Below the pieces are notes generated by a model, which was not told the DNA's origin, made no database searches, and worked only from the letters and a program-made list of their open reading frames with translations. From Magallana gigas (Eukaryota): DNA of 64,000 bases. Position numbers and translations under genes: made by a program. Every line of letters begins with the position of its first letter. Position 1 is the first letter of the stretch. The stretch covers positions 1,612,001-1,676,000 of the forward strand of contig NC_088856.1 of the NCBI RefSeq assembly GCF_963853765.1, read 5' to 3'. Below are positions 24,338 through 36,000 of this stretch, in pieces.

Positions 24338-27300
24338 TTACTGTAGTTGTACGGACTGAATCACACCCTGTATTCTCCTGTGTGTAGCAGTTTGTATTCC
24401 GTGCAATGGATGCTGTGTGATCAGTGACTGTTGGTATGAGTATAGAGCAGCCTGGAGGTTCCCTGTGATCTGTTGACAGATCCCCAGGATCTCCCAGGAG
24501 ATCTCTCTGTCTCTATTAAGTATATACAGTCCCTGATCATGGTGGACTAGGACCTGTAGCTCATCTAGAGCTGCTTGTGATAATGAAGTATCAATGTGTC
24601 TGTAACACAAGAACTCTAGGAAGTGTAACATTACAAACACTGGGATAACTAATAAAGGCACTCTGTTCTGTAGAGCAGACTGTTGTTCTGGTATTAGTTC
24701 ACTGATATAACAGATTTCACTGAGAAGTGTGATATCCACTGCTACAGCCTGTCTGATCTTTGTAGACCAGGACTGTCCCCCTACAGCCTCAGTATACCTC
24801 TCTCTGTCTACACGTACCATATACATCAGATATGGCTGTGCTAACTTGACTTTTGTCATCTCTATAACAGATAAAGCGTCCCTGTATCTGAGTGTCTTGT
24901 AATAATACATGGCAATGTACAACATATCGGATATACACCCAAACTTGGCTGTTAATTTCAGCATGAGACAGGATAATTTGTCAGCAATATATACATGTTT
25001 GTTAACAACTGCGATAGTGTACATGTTATGTTATATAAATGCAGTATGATTAAAGATTGAGGATGACAATTTTCTTAAAATGGCATCTTGATACCGATGC
25101 AGAGGAGAATTTATCAACTGCTCTACTATTCTTATAGCTTTTAAAAGTAAACGAAAGTCTGTGATAGGAAACTCAATTAAAACACATTGTTTGACGAGTT
25201 CTAGATCAAAATCAACTTCAGACCTCATTACATTCTCATTTGTACAAATTGAAAGTCTAGGATTATACAGGACATCAATGATGTTAGATCTGATAGAGGA
25301 ACTTTGTAACAGACAGACTAGACCTTTCTTGTACAATTCATGTAACTGTAGAAACAATCTGTTTTGTGCTGAGCCATGGACCTTTGTCAGAAACAGGTTG
25401 TTTTGTGGGATGAAAAAGTTTGGACAGATCCCCTCATACACCCATTTAAGGAGAAGTTTAAAGCCGACCCAAAAACCAGCCAGGAGATTTTTTGGACACC
25501 AGTGAAATAGTGTGTTTTGTTGAATCGCCCAAAAAACAGTTGTCTTCATGTGATAGGAACACAACAGTTTATTGGTTTCTTCTGATTGTTGATTGATCAC
25601 TTCTTTTAAAAAACATTTTAACAATCCGTATGTCAAAAACTGACTGTGGTTCATTGAGTACACAAGTTTATATTCTGCCAGAGAAAAAGAAAATCTCCAC
25701 TGTAGGTTTTCATTTGGTCCTAATGGGTGTCCTATTGCTACAAAGTGACATCCATTTCTGACAATGTCATCAACAACTTCAGGATCAGGCCATGAGTGAC
25801 ATCTGTCTATCCATGAGGAGGCAGACGGAGGCCAAAAGTCACAAACAAAACACCAGGCAAAGTCATATTCTACTCTCCCTGCTATATCACCACTAGCACA
25901 GGGTCCATGTACAGTAGAGTTAGGATGAGTTGCTGAACAAGTTAACTGTCTGTATATAGAACTAGATATATAGACTCTGTCATTCATTCTGACACATGCT
26001 GATTGGACTTCTCTGTATCTTGATGGTGTCAGTAACTGAAGTAAGGTGAATCCTGGTGGACTCTCAGAACTGTCAGAGAGAATCACGATTGTATTGGCTG
26101 TGTTGTAATACTCAGACTGAGACTTGTCCATGATCACCTGGTGGTCGTTTAGCCAGAACATCCAGTCAATATCTGATCCAATCAATCTGAACCCTTCTCT
26201 GTAACTACCACTCATCATCGTAATGGCCCCATTATGACGTGCCAGTCGTCTCTCCACCATCTCCTTGACATCTATGGTCTCCCTTCTGATAGCCACCTGT
26301 TGTGAGGTCCCCACTATCCCACACATTCCCACAAACACTGACTCAGACATGTGCTGCCGTCCCTCACACCTGTCAATACCAATACATAAACATTGACAGC
26401 TACAATCTGTTTTTCTCTTTCACAGTATTCTTATTAACAAATAGCTAATTTATTCATTAAGTCTAAAATATTTAAAAGTATCAAAGGAATTAGGGTGGTC
26501 TCTACATGTCTTTGGGCGTAGTCCTCTTGTAAAAACGTAGTAGAGAGTTTGCGACCCAAGGGCCCGTTTTCTCTCTTTCGTTTTTTTCTTTTTTACTGAC
26601 TCTTGTATTAATATGTTGTATTATAAAATTACGTAAAACTTTCTTTAAATTCAATACCTCATGTACCATTGTATATAAATTGTTTGAGTGAATAAGCGAA
26701 TTAACAATTGTCAATTCGTGTACATACAGCTGTCAAGATGGTATTACATGTTATAACTTCGGGTAGCTTATATACTTATGAATATTAATTACAACAGGTA
26801 CTACAAGAAATTAAACTCACATTATTAAAAGACTGGGTATAGTGACAGGCTAAATAAGTCTGATGTGTGTGTATATATATAGGTATTGTGTGTATGGCTA
26901 TTGTGTTTTGTGTTCTTAGTTGTTAAATCCCAGTGCACTTATATTTTGCAAAAGTTTGAGTTTTTATTCTGCTGTTCATTTACATAGAATATATCATTAG
27001 CTGCTTAATTAAGACGATATATACATCTAACTGTGTTACCATTTTTGATTGCTTTTTATTCAAGGCCAGATAAATCGATAAAATATTAATTTCACCAATA
27101 ATTCAACAACAGCTGGTTCCCGGTTTGGTTTTAAGATCCAAAATGACAAATATATATACATGTACAAGGATGTCACAAAAACAAACGGATTTGTAAGTCA
27201 ATCTTTTTCAGACCCCGGGTTGTACCTGTGTACTGTTTGGGTCACAAACTCTCTACTATGGTACTTTATATGATACAAGGAGACTATGCCCAAAAAGATA

Positions 27301-28135
27301 CGCGAGAAACTAGTACTATCAGATTTTTATATGCACCTGGTTACTACATATCATAGTTAATACATATCATTGAAAACGTTATGCTATTTTAAGCATGGGA
27401 ATTTCCCTTTTATGGGTATTATTTAACTTTCATTTTGTTTCAACTTCTATTCAATTCTTGTGACCAGAAAGGAATAGTACAATATTGTAAAAGTAAGCAA
27501 TTTTATCATAAAGAGAAATATTTGTTACGTCGGGTGCCAGCTCGTATGTCATGTCATTGAGGCCTTGATTTGGAAAGTAATTCTATATTCTATTCCAACT
27601 GTCCATTTTTAATATTAAAGTAGATCCAGTGTTTTGTGATGTCATACATCTTTGATATTTTATACATTTTTTCTATGCTAAGGGGAAATAACTCTTTTTC
27701 TGATTTTTTTCTCAGATATATGCCAAAATTCTATAATTTTTCATATCCCAACGATTAATTTTAAAATATATTTGTAGTTTTAGTTTTCTGACACAGTTGA
27801 CAATAAAATCAAAAACGATAAACGAGTTTCTGTCCAAAAAGATTTTACTTTTCACAAAGAAGTACGGTTTTCTGATGCTAAAATACGCTTAAGTTATGTT
27901 ATCTGAAATCTCAAAAAGTGTGATGACATGTATATTTTTTCTAATAATTGATGAAATTTAAATCTATTTAGTTGAAATCAGTTCTGTTTTTCAACTTTCA
28001 TCAGAGAATTTTAGGAGTATGGAGTTACCTTAAATCGAAAATCATTCTATTCTTTTCTAATCTATTCTACCTGTCTACATTTTAAATATAATTCAAGATT
28101 TTATACACTTACATTCTTTGGTGGAGAGACTCCAT
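24338..28135 (-). CDS. cGLR array copy 3; intact NTase/Mab-21 region, one in-frame stop before the TPR-like C-terminal domain
   Basis: Exon 1 is 28135-28113 (MESLHQR-M); exon 2 is 26369-24338. ORFs 25031-26350 and 24338-25024 are in the same frame, separated by TAA at 25033-25031 (TTA Leu in copy 2). 685 codons in total; the truncated product would be 453 aa. Motifs SGSYREGFRLIGSDID and EYDFAWCF. Confidence 0.88.
27397..27406. promoter_or_regulatory. NF-kB/Rel consensus site in cGLR3 intron 1
   Basis: GGGAATTTCC, at the homologous position. Confidence 0.5.
27619..28029. mobile_element. TTAA-flanked MITE-like insertion specific to cGLR3 intron 1
   Basis: ttaa|agtagatcca ... tatggagttacc|ttaa. 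The segment is absent between the homologous flanks in copies 1 and 2; TIRs are degenerate. Confidence 0.45.
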
Positions 28136-28829
28136 TTTAAGTTGGACAATATTAATGCTATGGTAATTTCAGGGACGTGTGTTAGTATATATATATACGT
28201 CCCTGGTAATTTTCAATTTCATGCATTGTACTCGAGGCGTATTCAACAGATCGAGCGCGAACATCCTTATTCCTGCAACAAAAATTTAGCGAGCAGAATT
28301 TAGCAAATTTTAGCAAAAAATAGATTTTATTTTATGTAGTTATTTTTATTTAAGCAGGAATGAATTTAAAACTTTTGTAAAACCAAAGAGTTACTGCAGA
28401 GATAGTAAAATTAAATGATTTTTTTTTTCAGGCGTCCAACGTATAAAAACGTTACATTTCTACACTTCAATAATTTTTTACATAACTTTGACTCAAAGAA
28501 ATCTCACAAAATGAAATTAATGGCTTCAGCCTACTCAAAATAGAGATATTTTTAACACACCGAAAGACTTTTTTTTACTCGTTCGTCGCTATGTTTCAAA
28601 ATTATTGCTTTTTAATACTCATAAAATTCTGTTTATTGTTTTTCTTTTATTATATTTAAGATTGGTTAAGACTAGTACAGGGATTTAAATTTCTTTTAAA
28701 GTCTTAAATTTGCAAGATATATTAAAAACATAAAAAGAAACGTATTTAATTAATGCTTCAGCAATTCTTAGGTTTTTTCTATTAAATGTACTAAACATTA
28801 AAATGTTGAATTCTTTTGGTGTTTCAACC

Positions 28830-29530
28830 GGGTATAAATCTTAGTCTTTCAAGAAATTCTCTATATTTGGAAACAGGATGGGAACCATTAATAATGAGAC
28901 GAGACCTCTTTAAATTATATACTATGTTCAAAACTCATAATAATCGTGTTCCTTCTTATTTGAAAGATATACATGTAACTCCTGGAATTAGAAATATCAC
29001 TTCCCACTATAATACTAGAAATTCCTCAAATACTCTTTGCCTAGATTAGAAGCTTTTAAGAAGTCGTTTTTTTCTGACACTATTTGTATGTAGAATAGTC
29101 TGAGTACTAATACAAATAAGGGGCGCTACCTCATTAGGTATTTTTAAGAAAAAAAACTACAGTGATATTACAAAGCTTTCTAAGTATTTCCCCTTTGGAA
29201 AAGATTTTTAAATATAATTCAAACAAAATTAAGGCATAATTGTATTTTCAAATACGATCTTTATCAATGTAATATAATAGCCATCCCATTGTGTTCGTGT
29301 TTAATGCTCAATGAACCAAAACTACAGTGATTTTACAAAGCTTTCTAATTCATTATTATTAGACAATCATTTATGTATGATCTTTTATCGTTGAACTTTT
29401 TGAATATAATTGATGTGCATTCGATACTTTGGGGTGACACAACTTTGTCTTATGATGAAAATGTAAAAATATTTAAAGAAGTTCACACATTTATACAGAA
29501 GTGTGGACGATTTAACTATATTATTTAAAT
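28830..29530 (+). mobile_element. Degenerate LINE 3' fragment related to the 14180-15372 remnant
   Basis: SLYLETGWEPL...KLYTMFKTHNNRVPSYL...YNTRN parallels the decayed sequence at 14500-14700. Confidence 0.65.
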
Positions 29531-29974
29531 GAATTTGCATAATTTTCTTATCCAGTCTAATTCTAATTCTAGATTTACACTGTATTACAGCATTCAAAAC
29601 TAGTGATTTGATTATTTCTATCTCATTACCATAACTGATATAAATGTTAACTGGCATTGCATGACATTGTAATATATTATGTACAACAAGGAGAGGACTA
29701 TCTAAGTTTTTAGAACTTGTGTCCAATACTTTTGGCATTATTAGTCAATAGAATTTATTATACTTTCATGTTAACTACTGAAATCTGATTTGTTTAGACG
29801 CAATAGATAATCCGTTCTATTACCCTCAGCGTTAACAACGTACTTGGCAACGGGTAACACAATTTAACGAATTGTTACATGCGCGTAAATTATGCGCGTA
29901 CTGTTTGCCATAGAATTCACGTCATTCCTACATGAAAGCAGTAAAGTTTTCTTTAAAATTAAGACATTCAGTAT

Positions 29975-30130
29975 AATAAAATAAATAGTGCCTGTTTGGG
30001 TGGGTAGAAGTTGAAATTGACATCCCTCAAAAACCATTGTAAACCTCCGCTTCGCGTCGGTTGACAATGGTTTTCTCGGGGTGTCAATTTCAACTCTTAC
30101 CCTCCCAAACAGGCACTATTTATATAATGT
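29975..30130. mobile_element. Foldback MITE (~70-bp arms); a half copy lies at ~30420-30498 within a local ~400-bp duplication
   Basis: aatagtgcctgtttggg...aaaccattgtaaacc / ggttgacaatggtttt...cccaaacaggcactatt. Confidence 0.75.
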
Positions 30131-31533
30131 TCAACTCATAAATGTTACAGCAGAAAAGATACTGTTCTTCGAGTTTCATTTAATTTTTTTTATAAATTAT
30201 AACAGAATTAATAGTCATATCATTTTATTATATACTTTCATGTTAAATACTGAAATCTGATTGGTTTAGACGTAGTTGGTAATCCGTTCTATTATCTTCA
30301 GCGTTAGCAACACACTTGGCAACGGGTAACACAACGAATTGTTACATGTGCGTAAATTATGCACGTACGGTTCGCCGTATCTATATAAGAGCATTAAAAT
30401 TTTCTTTAAAATCAAGACATTCAGTAAAATAAAATAAATAGTGCCTGTTTGGGAGGGTAACTGTTGAAATTGACACCCCTCGAAAACCATTGTCAACCTA
30501 GCACTATTAATATATTGTGAAACTTTAGATTAAGTGAAAGAAAAGTTAAAGAACTAGGTACAGATTCAATCATATTTTGCCCTGTTTTAGAGTGATTTTT
30601 AAAGATATCACAAGAAATTAAAATGTAACGTTTCTTTACACAAGCATACCCATAAACTAAAAATCTATATAAAGTTACCCGATTAGACTTCCACAAGTTT
30701 AATTGTGATGTCACAATCAGTGCATTTTCCCGTAATTTTCAAAAAACTGAGCAGAAGACACCAATTCCTAAGTGGTTTTTTAATAGAAAAATGTGTCCGC
30801 AGCTGTCGCCCACGATGAAACTCACATAATAACTTTATTATGTGATGTCACATAATATATATTAAATTCGTTGTGGGCGACAGCTGCGGACACATTTTCC
30901 TCTTCAAAAAACTATTGAAAATGTGCCATTTTTCATAAGTTTTTACCAAATCTTAGAAATATGCCAAAATGTTTAGGTCATAACTATTTATTGAAACAAG
31001 ATAAAAATGTATAACTTGGTACTTTATATACACACTTGTTCAAAATAGTACGTGTACTTGTGTATTTTTATGAGATTTAAACAACTTTTGAATTTTAGGG
31101 CAAATATTGAAAGAAACTGTACCTTCTTCTTTGTATTTTTTTTATCCAATCATGCGATATCCTTCATAGAACGTATAAAACTTTATTAAAAAGCGCTTTT
31201 TTCATTAAAATTAACAAACCCCAATCAATGCAACTTGGTGTGACAGGGCCTTTTAACACAGGCAGAACGATTTCATATAATTGCGAAGGTAACCATAATA
31301 CCACAACTCAGTACAATGAAATGTTGAGACGACAAACGGTGTTCAAAATCTAAACTCCAAAGGAAAAATACTAATAGGGGCAGAGCAAACACGTACCTCT
31401 ACAAAAATTAAAGGTGGGACCAGGTGCGACGGAGGGGTGAGCATCCTCTGCTGACCGGTCACACCCGCCGTGAGCTTTGTCGTAATCGGGTAAGCAGAAA
31501 AATCCGTAGACAATAGGTGATTAATAACATATA

Positions 31534-32148
31534 TTGCCAGAAATTAGTCCTGACTTTTACCCCTTTCTATTTGTAACCAGTAACAGTGCATCGGTAACAT
31601 TGATTATGAATGATGTACTACTGACGGGTTACAGTAGAGTAAGGTTTGGGTTAGGGTTAGGGTTAGGATTAGGGTTAGGATTAGGGTTAGTTTAGGGTAA
31701 GTTTAAGGTTAGGGGTTAGGATTAGGGTTTAGGGATTAGGGTTAGTTTAGGGTAAATTTAAGGTTAGGGGTTAGGATTAGGATTAGGGTTAGCTTAGGGT
31801 TAGGGTAACCATTGTAACCAATGTAACCAATTTAAAAAACTCCCCCTGTAAATCATGAAAATGAATGTCACCACTGTTACCCTTTGTCACCAAGAGAATA
31901 TAGCTGTATACATTGTAACCAAATACAATAAGACACTCTGTTAAACAGAAAAAGGGGCTCGTCACCTGTTACCTTTTGTCATCAATAGAATTTAGTTGTA
32001 ACCATTGTTACTGGATGAAATTAAACCATCCGGCCGAAAGAAAAGATTCAGTTCTGTTATAGGTTATGTTACTTTTGTCACTAGAAAACAGTGCCTTGTT
32101 ACTGGTTACAAATGAAATGGGGTAAAAGTCAGGACTAATTTCTGACCA
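31534..32148. mobile_element. TA-flanked MITE with ~50-bp TIRs enclosing degenerate (TTAGGG)n
   Basis: cagaaattagtcctgacttttacccc...tttgtaaccagtaaca is inverted at 32097-32144. The telomere-like tract is at 31648-31806. Confidence 0.8.
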
Positions 32149-33082
32149 TATCTAATTAATAATGGCCTCACAATACGTATACAAAATATCAGTCAGCATT
32201 CGACCTAGCAGAAGGTTGTTTTTGCTGACTAGGTCATTCTACGAGTTGGTTTTTTAAATGCTGGGAAAAGTAGCTAGTAAACTGTAAAATACCATATTTG
32301 CAGGTAGTGAGAACTGCAGAAAAAAGACTTTCCTTTACTAATTTTCAACCTAAAGTTAAAAGTTCAAGATACAGGTTACCTAAGATGAAAGTACATTGGG
32401 ATATTTATCGATAATCTTAAATGCTTACATAATATAAAAGTTTATAATGAAATTATCTTTTTTCTCATTTGACAAAATACTATTTGCAAAAATTGTAAAA
32501 GTCTTGCTGTATTTATGGTGGCATATCTCTGCAAGTTATTTTACATGTACTATCAAATACGTTGACAGGCAAGATAAATATGTTGACATGCAAGATAGTT
32601 GCATGTGGATAATATTTGATAGTAAAATAGCTTGCATACAAGGGGCAGAGATATGCCACCATTTGTATTACTTTTACGACTAATTGAATATTTTTTCCAT
32701 TGGATGTTTGATGTGATTATAGCTTAACATAAGGATTGTATTTCTACATATATTTCTGAGTAAATTATACATTGTATTTTCTTTAAATATTTATTTTTAC
32801 ATTTTCAATAGAGGATATATACAATGCATGTAAATATACAAAATGAATTCAAACATTGGCTGTACAAAACGATTTTCACATGGTAATAATAAATACCTGT
32901 ACATGTAGCAAAATCCACAAAATTAGGACAGCATAAAAATTATCACAGTCATCGTAAGTAACAAAAATGACAAATTTTGCTTCACATTATCACCCCAACA
33001 GAGTTGTACATTAAACCTCTGAGTGACAGACAATCTATTACGACTGCTACTGTTCAGGAATGTAGATGTCAACCTAACACTG

Positions 33083-36000
33083 CTAAAGTTCAGGCATGTA
33101 GGCTCCCTTCTGGTTGATAGGTGGCAGCACCTTGTGTCTGTCTGACCCCGGCCGACCTTGACCTTGAGAAGTGGGGCGCGGCACGGAAGGAGGGCGGGGA
33201 TTGGACAGTTCCATGGGGTTCATCGTCTCTGTGGGGAGGTGGGGGTCTTTACCGTTGTGAACTGATCCGTCTGGAGAGCGGGCGAATTTCCTGGCGGAGG
33301 ACATGGAGAGGCTGGAATCTGATTCATCATCAGAAGAGGTGTCCTCGTCAGACTGTGGGGGCTTGTTGTTGACCGGGGCGGACTGGGAGCGGTTCATGTC
33401 CTCTGTGATCGTCACAACGTCCAGACCCACCTGGTTGTCTACCGTCTGAGGCGCCGTCTTTGGATATCTGTACAATGAGGTTCAGTCAGTTACTTAGTAA
33501 TGTGATATCTTAAAGCCTATATGTAATAAAATGTGATATCTTAAATCCTATATGTAATAAAATGTGGTATCTTAAATCCTATATGTAATAAAATGTGGTA
33601 TCTTAAATCCTATATGTAATAAAATGTGATATCTTAAATCCTATATGTAATAAAATGTGATATCTTAAAGCCTATATGTAATAAAATGTGATATCTTAAA
33701 GCCTATATGTAATAAAATGTGATATATCTTTATAATAAATGTTATATCTTGATTAAGAAGTGTGATGTATTGATTATAGTTTATGTTGTCTTTGTCATAC
33801 AATGTGATATTTCGATCGCAAAATATGATCATAAGATGTATAAATTTTATCATAAAATGGAATACAATGATGATCTCTATTAATACAAAATATGGTATCT
33901 TGATCCTTGTAAATTATCTCTTGGATCATTATATGTGATTTCTTGATCTTGAAAATGACATCTTGATTGCAAAATGTGATATCTTTATCATGATATGTGA
34001 TAACTACGATTTAAAACCAATAATTAGGAGATACACTTTACTAAACCAAGTAATTGGGATATTTGGGTCAAATAAATGTTTTAAGAAATAAAAAAATTCC
34101 TTTCGAGAGATAAAAGCATTAAATGAAGTTCAGTTAAGGAGATATTTATGGTAGACTCTAAGATGCATCAACCTTGTACTGTAAACGTATTATAATTGGC
34201 ATGTACGATATTCAGTGGAATTAAGTTTGTGAACAAGGTGGCATGGATTTAAATTAGCGTATTCCTGAATGTGACTATTCTTATACATAAGTGCATGGCA
34301 TTTAGTGATGTACTTGATTTAGTGGAGGCCACATTCTGCTAAAAGCGCTAAATAGAATACACAGCCAAATGTAGTACGTTTACAGTATTGTAGAAATTGA
34401 GTATTCAATATCTCTGACATAATTTAGAAACATATTAGTTAAAGAAAGATCTGAGAACATCATTAAATGATTTTTATCTCTAAATAGGGAATTATTTAAA
34501 ACAGGTAATATTGGATAGAGCTGTATTTAACAATCAAGGCATTGACTTACTGTGATGTGATCTGTTCAAACAGCGGAGGGATGTAGCCGGCGACAGATGC
34601 CTTTGCCGCACTGTGTCGACGCTTCAGTGACATTGCCTCCTACAGAACACAAAGCTTTATATAAACACACTTTAATAAAACAGAATTAACTGTTTATGCT
34701 GAAAATGAAAAGTAAAAAAGAATAGGAAATTGCTCAATGCCTTTAATAATAATTTGCCATTTCCCCACTTATCAAATTTCTTCCCAGAGACTGCACTTGG
34801 TATACCCCTCCTCCAACACTTATTCATGGACTTACCAGTATCCCCCTCATAGAGGGCTTTGAGGATTGGATGGTTTTCTAATCTAACCAGTATACCCCTC
34901 CCTGACTGGGCAGTTTTCTTGTTTTAAAGTATGCCCCTTTCTGATTGAATAGTTTTCTTGACTTACAAGTATACCCTTTCCTGAGTGGATGGTTTTCTTT
35001 ACTTACCAGAATGCCCCTCCCCGACAGGCTGGGGGACTGTGTGGTCTTCCCGCGGGTGTACTGTTGTGACATGCTGTCAGGGATACTCGGGCGTGACCAG
35101 GTCCGTGTGCCCAGCTGTGTCCCTGTGGGGGCGTTCTCTGTATCCTTAGTTTCCATGATGTCACCGGCCTCCGACTCAAACGAGGGAATACTGATGCCGA
35201 GGTAATCCATGACCAGGCGCCTCAAATGTTTGTAGGACTCCTCGATGTCATCTGATGTAAGATACATAATATCATTCTTTATATGCAAGAAAAAAATTTT
35301 AACACCATGTCTAGTAGTTTTCTTTGTACCAATTTTTGTGATGGAAATTATTTAGATAGGAAAGATTTTGAAGCACTTTGCCTATGCATCTACTGCTGAA
35401 GCGGTCAGATAATCTAAATTTTGAGTTTTACTGGTCCTTTTGGCCAGCAAGTTTTAAAGTTTTTTAAAGACTGTATATAGCATCACTAACTGTACCAGTC
35501 AGAAGATCTCGAGCCGTGACTTACCACTGTTGATCATCATGTCAAAGAAGCCGGGATGGTCTCTGTTGTAGTCCTGGTACATCTCGGCTCGCTCGAGATT
35601 GTCCTCGATCTGGGACTCTGTGTACAGGGCTCGCTCCCTGAGACGCTTCTCGTGACACTCGGGACTGAGTGGCATGATAAGGACATACCGAGGCTCAAAA
35701 TATGTATTCTTCAGCGTCAGAACTCCCTGGGAATGAAATTTATCAAATTAAACCTCAATATTCTGCTATATTGATTTGAAAATAACAAAATGTTATACTG
35801 TAGCAAGAACTTATAATCTTTTTAATAAATCCCCTCAATTCTTAATACAGTTTTAAAATACTGAGAATAAAACTGACTCTGCTGTAAACATGAATTTGTT
35901 ATGAGGATGTTTGCTGCAACCATGATTTACTTATTTCATAATATTTGCTCCTGTTTTATTTTTGCCCCTTTGCCCTAGTGTTCAGCAGCCAAATTTAAGA

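Larger units (their letters stand above)
4800..28800. repeat. Tandem segmental duplication units of the cGLR array
   Basis: Shared modules by eye: 4870-5730 ~ 21800-22715; 8050-10850 ~ 23730-26555; 2880-4090 ~ 19890-20900 ~ 26850-28330; 20900-21350 ~ 28330-28790; 4250-4540 ~ 31180-31420. Confidence 0.9.

Noticed and set aside
31648-31806. True telomere or chromosome fusion site
   Set aside because: The tract is short, degenerate, in a single orientation and enclosed by TIRs.
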